Positions 1-14,322 of a stretch of 64,000 nucleotides of DNA are shown piece by piece (position 1 is the first letter of the stretch; the number at the start of each line of letters is the position of its first letter). A model generated the notes under the pieces. That model was given only the letters and a program-made list of their open reading frames with translations, was not told the DNA's origin and searched no databases. This stretch comes from Trichoplax adhaerens (taxonomy: Eukaryota; Animalia; Placozoa), in assembly GCF_000150275.1 (NCBI RefSeq), contig NW_002060948.1, positions 2,093,906 through 2,157,905 of the forward strand. The letters are read 5' to 3'. A program made the translations under genes and the position numbers.

Positions 1-2
1 GT

Positions 3-506
3 TTGATATTTATCTCACCCATCTTAGGCACAACTTTGTGCTCATTAATAGTGGAAATAATATGCCATTATCGAATTAATGTTAATTTAAAGAAAAATCT
101 TACATTAATACGAATGCAAACTATAAATAATACTCTATCTAATCGTCGCGTTAACTATGGCTTGATTCATTTGGATAACGAAGTATATCGATCTTCCAAA
201 ACGATATCTCATGCCACAAAAAAGAAAAAAGCTACTTTAAAATCTCTGTTTCGTATTACAGCTTGGCACTCAGTGATGACAGTGTTATGGTGTTTAAACA
301 TTGGGATAGTTGTTGCTTCGCAAAGTCAATATAATCGTTCAATTCTAGATTGGGTAATCGTAATTAATATATTTCTTACCATTACGGCATGCATATTTAG
401 TCCGATTTTATATTACGGTAATGCCGAAAACGTACGAAATTGTTTACTCATATGTCTAATTCATCGTCGAAAAGTCTCAGTTGCTACAAATCATTTAGCT
501 GAATGA
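3..506 (+). CDS. Rhodopsin-class GPCR, C-terminal part (TM5-TM7 and tail); 5' end lies before the window
   Basis: Open frame from the window edge with three hydrophobic helices, basic ICL3 (KKKKATLKSL) before TM6, and NPxxY-like SPILYY followed by a helix-8-like segment. Confidence 0.65.
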   Translation: MIFISPILGTTLCSLIVEIICHYRINVNLKKNLTLIRMQTINNTLSNRRVNYGLIHLDNEVYRSSKTISHATKKKKATLKSLFRITAWHSVMTVLWCLNIGIVVASQSQYNRSILDWVIVINIFLTITACIFSPILYYGNAENVRNCLLICLIHRRKVSVATNHLAE

Positions 507-1612
507 TGTTGTAAATTCAAAGTCTTGTTATCTTAAGTGCTTCCCTATATGAAGTCATCATTCAATGTTACTCCGTGATTTGTGAACAGTACTGTAGGTA
601 TTAATGAATTTCTCAGATAATCAATTTTATAAAAATGCGTAGTATGACTTGTTTAAAATTAGCTGTGCATACAATGTAAATAACGTTGCAATTTTAGTCA
701 TAAATGCAAATATTCAAGGATAACTGAGAGGATATCCTGTAGAAATGAATATTTATTTCTTGATATAGCATCAACCAGTCTATGTATTATCAAAATATAT
801 AATATCTACTATATCTACTGTATATTGTACTATATAATGTCAGTAAAGAATAGCACAGCATTTATTGAGTGCAATTAAAATTAGTCAAAAGTTATAACAA
901 AATAACAATCTATATGTTGCGTAGCATATATGCAATAAGTTATGCACATATGTAATGAAGTATATAGTTTATGTGTATAATACTGTAGTTAAATTGTAAT
1001 TGTAATGTAAGGCCCTTTTAAAAGTGATGGCTTATTGTCTAAAAAAATGATAACGAATAACGATGGTATGAAATAAATAATATGAAATGTAAAATACTTT
1101 AGCACTACATTCTACGTCTACTTTCCTGTAAAATAGCTAAAATAAAGGCATTTCTCAACAATAAACGACCTACAGTACTATATGCTGCATCATTTGATCA
1201 TCATTTTTCTGGCGTTATACAAGCAAAGTGAGCTAGAAAGAGGGAGGTTCTGGTGATGTAATAAATGTATGAATAACGTCATCCAGCCACATTTAGTAGT
1301 ACTGTTCAACATTATATTATCAACAACGCTGACTATGATACTGTATGGTGTAGAGTATACAAATGTATAGGGTTGGCATATAGAATTACCGTTTGGTCTG
1401 TCAACGTATGTATAGTCGCAAACATTGACTGGTTGGCGTATAGAATTACCGTTACGTCGGTGAACGTATAGGCTGACCGGTTTCTTACACTAACCGTAAT
1501 ATACATACATACTGTAGAGCGCAGATAGGATAGGTTTAGCGTGCTCATTGGAGCATAGGAGTTCGCAGTTTTAAATTATCTTACCTTGTCATCAGCAATA
1601 TCTCGAATAAAA

Positions 1613-2769
1613 ATGGTAGCATTACCACTTGCTAAACTCTTCTATCTAGGTATTAAACAGATATCGAAGCCATTGGTATATAGAATAAAGACTGCTGCCA
1701 AAGGAAGCCCATTCTTTAGGAAATATATTTGCATACCCCCAGCCCAAGGTACTGTACTGTTATGCACACGCAAAGCACAAGTTAACCCTAAGTATATCCT
1801 CCTATCTTTCTAGTTGTAAACCGATATAGACAATAATGTAAACTAGCTACATCTACATAACGGTGCTGAACTCTTAGATAATGTTATAATTTCGACTAGT
1901 TAATAAATAAGATAAATGAATAGTTGCTTAATCGCTTCTATGGATAAACTCTTTGCTAGTTATTCCTGCAACCTATAAAATCAGTTGTGGTTGAAGTTGC
2001 AAAGAATGCATGCTGCGCTACGTGTGCTATATCACTATCTACTAACATTTACGTATTAACTGTTGTATACCGTACTATTTGATCACAGCATCATCACTTT
2101 ATGTTGAACATTATTCATTTAAGGCACTTTAATTAATCTACTACACAAAATTTGCGATGTTTATACCAAAATGACCCAAATCAAATAGTCGATTTTTCCC
2201 TTTATTTTACCAAATACGTTATTCTCACGTTGAAAGCCATTAAAATACTAAATTTTTATATGATGGTTTCATTTACAGCACATCATTGGCTGGAATTAAA
2301 TGTTAAAATGAGATTAATGGGCTTCAAGGGTAGAGCTGAAATTAAACCTCTGAATGAAGCAAATGCTATTGAATTGGGTTCCGAAATCCTAGGAGAAACC
2401 TTAATATTTGGTATAGCAGCGGGTACTATTCTTGCAGAATACTATAGAGGCCAAAGAAACGAAAGGAAGAAAGAAGACGTACAAAATGAAACGTTAGCGT
2501 TACTGGTAGAAAAAGTTTCGGAACTAGAATTACAGATGCATCAGCAATCTGCTGAACTGAGAGAGCTAAGAAGAGGCATATCTTATCAAGATAGCAATAA
2601 GTGGACTAACCTATCCAATATTGATATTAAATTGTCTAGTAGTATTACAAATGAAAGTAGTAGTACCTCCACAAAGACGAAGAATGCAGATATCAATAAA
2701 TCCAGCCGAGCAAAGGAAGAAAGTACTCAATCAGAGTCTACATCTAGTTTCTTCTCTTGGCTTTGTTAG
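1613..2769 (+). CDS. OPA3: Optic atrophy 3 protein homolog (mitochondrial), 2 exons
   Basis: Exons 1613-1748 and 2279-2769, phase-1 GT-AG intron; [20 protein letters not shown]...[12 protein letters not shown]|AHHWLE...[23 protein letters not shown] matches the OPA3 family signature, followed by a coiled coil. Confidence 0.93.
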
Positions 2770-4843
2770 TAATTCAAACGCTAGTAATGATCGTTCTGCC
2801 TCAGTCAATACAGGTGACAGAGAATCTAATTCAGTTAACGAGCAGGCTATAACAGATACTAAGGGCGTTGAACCCAAACATTGATATTTAAATTAAATTT
2901 ATTGAATGCTTTTCTATTAAATCATATAGTATACATACAATTCAGATAAAAGATATTCACGTTTACAGCATATACCGTACGTGCACGTTGGAGGAGTGTC
3001 ATATCTCTTATACTGTACAGTACAGTAATTTATAAACTTCACGACAGTAAGCCTTACTACACGCACAACTTTTCTGGCATCAAGCCAACGGAATCAGATG
3101 CTGGCTAAACCTACAAGCTAAGCTGATCAAGCGTATTGTATTTGTTGTGCTGATGTTTCTCTGATGAGATATACGAGTATAATGTACTGGTATACTACCA
3201 ACTGTTCTGCTGCCTTAAGTTGTGGATTTTACTGTCTAATTAATTTAAGACAAATAGTTAATTTTTATACTTATTTGCTTCTGCTAAAATTGATGTGGAG
3301 CATTTAGGATAAGTTCGTATTGTTTGTATTGTTACGCATAAACCTATGTACGGTACATTAAATTGCTATATAATACAAGTCGTGAAAATTAATTGCAACT
3401 ACTGGATACATTATATTATATGCAAATGCAATATAAATTATATCATTATTTCATGCCTCATTAATGTTTCGTGGTGTAAGATTTTTAATAAAAAATCTGC
3501 GAAGATTGTACTATCCAATTCTTGGTAGTACAGTACACAGTCTACTACCACAGCATATGTTTATATATGCTTAATGTAGTTATGATTGGCTCTTAATTGA
3601 TTAATATGCAGACTTTATGAATCTGTCTTTAAGAAATTTTACAGTAAAATTATATTTGAAACCCATTAGCAGAATATTGTTCGGTGAACTGTAAATAAAA
3701 ATTATCTAGTCGTTCCTTATGTTGCAATAGAATTTATCTCAGTTTATAAAAAATCGTTTTTATTCGGTAATGCAACAAGTTATACACTGTAAGTGGGTAG
3801 TACGTATGTACGAGTATATATATAATATACGTATTCTTAATTCTGCTTGCACGAACATAAACATTATAATGCTATGTTGCACAACAGTACTCGGCTCACG
3901 TACACATATCCGATAAAAAAGATTTCATATCTATGAAGTTAATGATGAGTACACCTATACTGCCACCAATTGAACGTTATTTGTCTTGAGAACTACATCA
4001 ATGTAACGAAGGCAATTAATGGGAATGCGCTTGATGATTTTATACCATCTTTATTTACGAAATCTACATATACAGAATATCGAATAACTTGTAAACAACT
4101 AAATTCGTTTACTGTACGTGTTTACATTTCTGAACGACATAGGGCCGGGATACTCGTTTGAACGTATTACTTTGCCTATCATGCCTTCGTACACTAATTA
4201 TTGTAGCATGGTGCTCACATTTTAACAAGTTATGGTAAAGTTTCCTCAAGTTAAGGTAATCATGTATTCCTTAGCTACATTTTATTTAAAAAGTTTAAAA
4301 TTACAGAATACTTGAGACAGGCAATATTTCACGTCATCTATTCAGATGGAAGAAAGAAATTAATATGGGTCAAAGTAATTACGAAATCTACCCTAAGGTA
4401 CTGCCTACATCTTACCTGACTAATTTGCATGGGTATATCATATGAAAATAATAATGCAAGAGCTTTACATATATGTGTAGAGCTGGAAAGCGAGATGTTA
4501 CATTAATGTCGTAGGTAACTCATAAGGTTATATATAATCCATCAGCTCCGATGCGTACAGTACGGAAACTATATTTAAAATTCTAATTAAATTCAGAGTA
4601 AATCGCACAAATTATAAATCGATTCGTAACCCTAAATCTAATTTAGAGATGCAATGTAAGAAATTGATAATGCACGTTTTGCTGAATGTGAAATAGTAAA
4701 TTATTCTGTGTAGTACTTGCACATTTTAGGGCAAGATCATTTTAAATTGTTCACATTAATATTATGCCTCAAATAAAATTAAGCAATTATAAACGTTGAC
4801 GCTAATTAGATACATAATATACTGTACAACAGAAGGATTAGTT

Positions 4844-6567
<1,724 letters not shown>

Positions 6568-6865
6568 TGGTAGTGATAGTATTAATTAATGCTTCGATTA
6601 CTAGAAAATGCTAAAGGTTGATGATAAGATTAGATTTCAAGAATGATATCCACAGTAGTAAAACTTTATGTATAATGCGAATTATTTATTAATGAATTCA
6701 AGTGAACGATCACTAATCTTGTACGATTAAACTAAACCATAAAGCCGTTCTTGGTTATAGGAAATTTTTATTTAGTCATTCGCTACTGAGATTTAGTAAT
6801 AAAATGCAATACTCGTAAAATACAGTACATGAAAATGCCAGCGATCCCATGAATATACGACTTTT

Positions 6866-7213
6866 ACACGATCCAATGCCAGTTTACAATTCATAAAGTA
6901 TTGATTCTGATAACAGATTGCATTCGTAATGGTCCTTGCCTGTATTTGACTACACTAGCTAATAGTTCAAGGACTCGAAAAAGTTCCAATGTCCCAAGCA
7001 ACAATTACACATGCATTCATGATTACAGGCAGAGATAATTACACGATCCAATGCCAGTTTATAATTAATAAAGCATTGACTGTAATATCAGATTGGATTC
7101 ATAATGGTCCTTGCCTGTATTTGACACCACTAGTTAATAGTTAAAGGACTCAAAAAAGTTCGATGTCCCAAGCAACAACTATACGTCCATTTATGATTAC
7201 AGGCAGAGATAAT
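6866..7213. repeat. Tandem duplication, 2 x ~175 bp
   Basis: acacgatccaatgccagttt...caggcagagataat starts at 6866 and again at 7041, with scattered substitutions. Confidence 0.95.
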
Positions 7214-7674
7214 AGTACAGTAGAGTATACAGCTTTGCGATTAAGTTCCAATTTTTCATAATGCTTCGTACTACCTACACGCAATAATCTATTATACGAG
7301 GGCTATGTTAGAGTATCTCCCATTTCATAATAAGGGGAAAGCCATATTCATTAAGTTGAAATACTTTAGTAGTTCATAGCTGTTGATCACCAGTAGTAAC
7401 TAGCTAGCCAAACTGCTGTATTTATTATTTACGACATTGGATACTGTACAGTACGTCATCGTCTGTAACTACTGTGCACTGTAGGACTCTGTGATACAGT
7501 GTACAGTACACTATAGCCCAGCATACAGTACGGTAGGTGCTGTTATGGCGCGAATATTGCACCCCTTTAAAATGTCCCATACGACGACATTGTACTATGT
7601 GAATTAATCATGATTAAGCGAACCAAAGATGATCAAGATTCTTGCTATTTTCGACTTTTATGGTCTGGCGTTTG

Positions 7675-8118
7675 AACTTACACTGTATTAGCCGAGAAAT
7701 AGGAGATTTGACTGAAAACTTGATGATGTCATCTCTTCTACTTACTAATTCTGTAGTCTGTCGTACTGATATTCTACAGTGTAGTAGATTGGTGTGAGGC
7801 GATTCGTTGTACTGTATATGTATTGGTGAAAATTATTTTCAATCGTTTCTAGCGAAATTCTTTAGTCAACAGACAGCAAATGGAGTTACAGTAACTTACA
7901 CTGTATTAGCCAATAAATAGGAGATTTGACTGAAAAATTGATGATGTTATTTCTTCTACTTACTAATTCTGTAGTCTGTCGTACTCATATTCTACAGTGT
8001 AGTAGATTGGGGGTGTGAGGCGATTCGTTGTACTGTATAATACGTATTGGTGAAAATTATTTTCAATCGTTTCTAGCGAAATTCTGTTATCAACAGACAG
8101 CAAAAGGAAGTTACAGTA
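7675..8118. repeat. Tandem duplication, 2 x ~218 bp
   Basis: aacttacactgtattagcc...gttacagta starts at 7675 and again at 7893. Confidence 0.95.
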
Positions 8119-10488
8119 TTTTCTTACGGCAGGTGAACATAGACCACACGTTAGAACAAAATTACTTGACTATCCAATACTGGAAAGCTTTGAGCGATTT
8201 CAAAAATAACTCAGGCTAAATGGAAATCATCCATCAATAGAGTACAGTAAATCCAAATCGACTTGACTAGTCACTTACTGGCTTTTGACTAAGTGAATCA
8301 CCAGTACAACTTAGTAAGCTGACATAAAGTCGCAAAAAAGTTGCATCTCTAGCGAATAACCAAAAGGAAAGGTGCTTTACTGTAACCCCTACTACTTTAA
8401 TCAAATAGTACCTCTATTTGAAAATACTATACGATGTACTTGTGTTAACATGTTGATCATTACTGATACCGCTTGAAGTACTGTAGTAATTTGATTTTTA
8501 GAAAGGTCTATAGAACACGTCGTGCATGCTTTGTAAAAGTCACTCGATTGCAATTGAAGTTCAATTTATTCCGGCTATCTGGATAAAAGCAAAGACATAC
8601 CTGCAAATGATAATAGAACGAGTGCAGGATAATGTTGGAATGGATTTGCAAAGTGCCAACTGGATAAAATGAATAATCTCTCAATTCTCTCTTACTTGAA
8701 ATTCCAATCCACGATCCAATGTGTTGATGGAAAAAATTCAGCGTTAACTACTGACGATACTGTAGTCAAATGCACAACAGTGACGACGCAACAATCTGCT
8801 AATCTGCTATGCACGCATACAACATTAATTATTTATTTTAGAATGGACCGTTTAGGGCTGAAGACACGGTACGGCACGGCACGGTACGCAAAGAATGATT
8901 CGCAACTGATTGAATGGTACTGTAGAGCGAAGTGCAGAGATACTGATGTAACATTCTATGTTATGCCACTTGAATAACACTGGCGTGAACAGCACTGAGC
9001 ACAAAGAGTACAGTATAAGCACAGACCATAGCACAGGCTTATCTCCTGCCCGTACAGTACAGTGTACAGTACATGACACTGACATTCGGTAAACCACTGT
9101 ACACTGTACCGTATCGTACCGTAGACTCACGTACAGTGTAACACGGCAGACCTCGAGTCATGGTGCAGTGTGTGACTTGCGAGTCTGTGCAAGCTCAAAC
9201 AAAGCTAAAACTAGCAAAGCGGTTAGCGCCTGGTAAATAGAGTTGATGATGTAACCTATGGTGCACTGTACAGTACTGCAGTTAGTATCGCCAACTGCTA
9301 TACTGTACTGTACTGTACGATCCAAAAAAAAGGAAAAAAAAAATATCGGTGACAACACCAGTTGACAGTCCCATCAATCGCTGAACACTGTCCATGCTGT
9401 CATGATCATCCTATTGCGTCAAAATTCTGTCGTCCTTTCAGCCATTTACTGTATTCAATCCTTGCTTTATGATATTAATTCAGCTTCAAAGTCATGAAAA
9501 TAAATAAATTGACTCAAAGCAATAGTGCCGATCTACTAAATACGATATAATGACACTATGGCGTCATCACTAGGGTTGGTACTTGCTCGAACAAGCTATC
9601 CAAATCCAAAAAGCGCGCGTTTTCCAAACAGAGAATTTCATTGGTTACCGTGAAATGATACTGCGCATTGTGCAATAGCCACCATACTGTGCACGGTGCA
9701 GTACACTAGTACAGAATCAAAATTGTGTGACAGCGTCAGCTACAGTACACTGTACTGTAGTGAACCCGTACAGTCAATTAAAGTACCGTAGTGTTCTACT
9801 GTACACTGTAGAGTATGCCTCCGTCAGTCGTCTGTCGTACACCATTCACCGAGATTGCGACTAATCACTATGATCAAGTGAATAGGAAAAGGGAGGGACG
9901 GCCAACGGACGTTCACGGCAATGATCAAGCTGACCAGTATCGTTCTAATCATTCGGATCAACATCAATCTACGACTCCCCTATATCCTATGTGTAAAATC
10001 GACTGCATCAATATCACTATGCAACTCTCCTACAGTATATTGCATGTATAAAATACCAATCTACAGTACTGTGTTGAACAGATACATATATCAATGACTC
10101 AATCAAACCTATCAAGCAGCTCATTTATTGGGTTGACAATACCGCAGGCCGCATACACTGAGTACAGGAGATGGTTTCAGATAGACAGTCACGGTACTAT
10201 CGCCCATGACTGTACTGAGCAGTGAACAGATGAGCAATACGGGGTATGTCCTTGTTGACGGGCCTGCGCAGTGCACTCTACAGTTCACTACAGTAGCATG
10301 CAGTGCAACTAGCGTAAGTGGATAGTTTGTACTGTAGAGGACAGTAGTTTGTACCACACTTACTGAACAGGTTACAGTACTCGACATCAGGTTGTAACCA
10401 ACATGTACTGTACTGGATGTGGTATTTCTTCATCGCAAATTGCAATCCGATAGGATAGTCTGGCAACGGAAATGGAATAAGCAAAACT

Positions 10489-10671
10489 ATGGCAGATAAT
10501 CGCCTCAACAGTTCATCGATTTCCACTCTTCGTACGACCACAGTGGCTAAAAAGTCCTTCCTCAACCCTCAAAATGTTTCTTTACATGATATGGTCCGTG
10601 GTGATCACATGATTGTATCGGTTGTCAATTCTAAATTCGAGGAATTATATCAAAACAGCCCAGCACCGAAG
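10489..10671 (+). CDS. Probable first coding exon of the Mis18BP1/KNL2 gene
   Basis: ATG-led open frame ending AAG|GTACAT (phase 0), compatible with the phase-0 acceptor at 14323; lies just downstream of a footprint-rich promoter-like zone; no family motif recognised. Confidence 0.45.
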
Positions 10672-10860
10672 GTACATTGACCACTTGTATAGGTTATCAT
10701 GCGACATGGATTCTGTACTTTGTAAATTGATCAATAGATTACACCACCTGATTGCACTACCACATCTAGTTTACATTGATCTATGTATAGTGTAGCTTGC
10801 ACTTTATTGGACGATATATTGTAATAGATCAATAAATGCAGTCACATCTTCGGAATTTCT

Positions 10861-11285
10861 GTAGAGTATCGCGAGGAACTGCAGCATTTGAAGATTGCAA
10901 TTCCTGCACTTTACTCTGACGCTATCCACACTAGAAATGATTACTAAATGTAAATACAACAAACGATTCTCTACAATGCCAGTACAGTAGTATGCTGTGT
11001 AGAGCATCGCGAGGAACTGCAGCATTTGAAGATTACAATTCCTGCACTTTACTCTGACGCTATCCACACTAGAAATGATTACTAAATGTAAATACAACAA
11101 ACGATTCTCTACAATGCCAGTACAGTAGTATGCTGTGTAGAGCATCGCGAGGAACTGCAGCATTTGAAGATTACAATTCCTGCACTTTACTCTGACGCTA
11201 TCCACACTAGAAATGATTACTAAATGTAAATACAACTAACGATTCTCTACAGAGAATGATACAATGCCAGTACAGTAGTATGCTA
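10861..11285. repeat. Tandem repeat, 3 x 138 bp
   Basis: Unit gtagag(t/c)atcgcgaggaactgcagc... at 10861, 10999 and 11137; near-identical copies. Confidence 0.97.
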
Positions 11286-11564
11286 TATAGGATTCGCAAC
11301 TAGACTACTGCAATGTAGTAGGTTTACCAACAATATAGTGTAAGGATCGTATTGACAAGACGAATATGAAAAGATATGGCCAGATTCTACCACTACTGCA
11401 CATAAAGTCGATACTGGTGACTTCGATAGCTGAGTGTTATAATGATTATATAATATATGTCATATTCGTATACGGTAGAGTTAGCTGTTGCGCAGCTTTA
11501 CGTAACAAGACCATTTGCTGATTCATGAACCCTGAGAAAGAATATTGGAACTTGAAAAGGTAGC

Positions 11565-11951
11565 TTTACAATCAGTTTCGACATTACTCTTGTACTAAAC
11601 TAGTTCGAGGTGCTGTCATCGAACACGTCAACAGTACAAATATGGCGAATGTTACTCTACGCTTATTTGGTACCTGCTTACTACAGCAAGCCAACTTACT
11701 ACCCTATCCTAATCCTACCTCGCTAAACTATCGCTGCTTGTTTTCACCATATTGAAATCTTTTACAATTAGTTTCGACATTACTCCTGTACTAAACTATT
11801 TGGAGGTGCTGTCATCGAATGCATCAACAGTACAAATATGGAGAATGTTACTCTACACTTATTTGGTACCTACTTCCTGCAAGCCGACTTACTACCCTAT
11901 CCTAATCCTACCGCGCTAAACTATCGCTGCTTGTTTTCACCGTATTTGAAT
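11565..11951. repeat. Tandem duplication, 2 x ~196 bp
   Basis: tttacaat.agtttcgacattactc...cttgttttcacc at 11565 and 11761. Confidence 0.95.
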
Positions 11952-12535
11952 CAAGACTAAATATTGTGTGCGAAAGATACAAAATTGATGCAATACTCTT
12001 TTTCAACTCATGTTACTATAGCGCGGGTACAGTATTGCATAAGCAATAACATCATTTTGCTGTTATGCCAGAAATCATCATCACCGCCGCATTAATATAC
12101 TTGACTGTATACTTTATGCCACTCAATGTTAGCCTTTATTTTAGCAGTTTATAGTACTTCACGTGAAATCATTCTTAAATTAATCCTAACCGAGTCTACA
12201 GTACTGTACTTGTACTGGATGGATAAATGTTGGACTCACATTTTTAGACAAGTTATGGACTACTTTTGGTCTTGCTTTTAGTGTCCTATACTTGCTTGTA
12301 TCTATTCTACAGCACTCTTCACAGCACATACCATATACCAGTACATACGAATTGTAATCAAAATCACCCTAATCCAGCACCGCACTGTGTAGTATTACTG
12401 TAGTAAACTCTTACTGTCGTTCTGATGAGATCCCATTCTCCAATACTTATTGCCGCATTGACTGTTTCTAAGCTAATTCAGGACTCCATTGATAGTCGAT
12501 CGCTAGAATAGGCGTAAGTATTCTTTCCGAATTCG

Positions 12536-12773
12536 ATGTAAATTATTTTAATAGCAATGAATCAATTTTGCGACTGATTTCAGAGCTCCAATTTGATATG
12601 CATAGTACGTTTACCTCTATGATATGAAGTATTGCTCAGTAGTATGCAGTACTATGTAAATTATTTTATTAGCAATGAATCAATTTTGCGGCTGATTTCA
12701 GAGCTCCAATTTGATATGCTTAGTACGTTTACCTTTATGATATGAAGTATTGCTCAGTAGTATGCAGTACTAT
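12536..12773. repeat. Tandem duplication, 2 x 118 bp
   Basis: atgtaaattatttta...gtatgcagtact at 12536 and 12654. Confidence 0.95.
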
Positions 12774-13645
12774 ACAGTGAACATTTTGAAGACTGTCCAC
12801 GAAATACCTGTATGATTCATTGTATGCACTGCGTATACGAGTATGGACGAAATGGTTTGTTTCGGCCACGAAGAATATCTTATGTGTCACTAAATCATTC
12901 TTTTGGTACATCCTATCCTATCCTATCCTATAAAGCATAATTTTATTGCTGTGTTGGCCATTAATAATGTTTTAATATTACAGATATTACTGTACGTTAC
13001 TTGATTAAGCAAGGCACAAGCTACAGTAATTATTATACGTAGACAAAGCTGGTAATCTACTTCGCAGCATAGAGCACATTTTGCAGATACGTACCAGTGT
13101 GTGCACGTGGTTTTGTGAAATAAATCGCTGCCTTGTGCAGTATGTAGATTTTAAGAGTCTCAGATCACATTTCAGAGTTGGAAAGAATGAACATTTGGCA
13201 GACCTTTCATTGTGCAAACAGTTGCAAATCCTCCCTCAGAAGTCCGAACCAACAAATTGTGATTCAATGTCGACCAACCATGCCAATTACTGTATTCGCT
13301 GTACGTATAACTTATGAGTTCTATGAATCACACTTTTCCACCTTTATGTGCACAGTGCTGGCAATCACGACACTTTATTGGCAAATATTGTCGCCTATTA
13401 AAGCAGTATTTGCCTGTAAAGGTACAAAATGAAGTGTGAATGAGTGATCGTAAAGGGTTCATGACGTCAATATTCAACAATAGTGACAAGATTCTTAATG
13501 ATATTATCGAATATTGCTATGTGTTGATTGTTGATTATTCGTCTCCTTTTTACGTTCAACTCGTATACATCCTGTACTGCTTTATAACATTACTGAGCCC
13601 GTCTATCGACACACTTATGAGTGGAAATTTTGGGGATCGCAACTA

Positions 13646-13961
13646 ATACGCACGAAGAAGCAGAGGTCAACTAGACCATACCGAATCAACCTTTAATTTT
13701 ATGTGGTAAAAAATATTATCTATTAGCTATTACTGAAATATCATCTTGTTATGGTAAATTGCGACATCGTCCAGTATACGATAAAATTTTTCAACATAGA
13801 GTTGATACACACGAAGAAGTAGTGGTCTACTAGAACATACCGAATCAACCTTTAATTTTATGTGGTCAAAAATATCTACTAGCTATTACTGAAATATCAT
13901 CTTGTTCTAGTAAATTCGACATCGCCCAATATACGATAAACTTTTCAACATAGAGTTGATA
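13646..13961. repeat. Tandem duplication, 2 x ~159 bp
   Basis: atac.cacgaagaag...caacatagagttgata at 13646 and 13805. Confidence 0.95.
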
Positions 13962-14322
13962 GCAGACGATCACTTTAGACGCTTAACTAATATTATCATT
14001 ATTGTTCACTCTCAAGAGCTATTTATGTGTCCTATTAAAGTGTGTAACTATGACTGAAGGTTTTTTAGTTTAGTCACATTCAATTTTTAATTATTTGATT
14101 AAAAGTACGTTCAAAATATTTTTAATATGGTATGTAACCAAACCTCAGTATTCAAGAATATGATTATAAAATTATTGAACTACGGCTTTAACAAAGGTAG
14201 AAATACTTTGTTGTAATTCTTCCATTAGTTAGATATTGATTCTGTAACAATAACATCAATCATTTAATCGATGTTAAAATTCATCCTAGCTAAGTTTTAT
14301 CATGCTTGCGATCGTTTTCTAG

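Noticed and set aside
7295-7330. TACGAGGG mariner-like terminus
   Set aside because: No matching inverted end (CCCTCGTA) found nearby
9608-9624. aaaaagcgcgcgtttt as an E2F site
   Set aside because: The T-tract is on the wrong side of the core for the TTTSSCGC consensus
10804-11235. 143-aa repetitive ORF on the - strand
   Set aside because: Artefact of the 138-bp (multiple of 3) tandem repeat; no ATG or domain evidence
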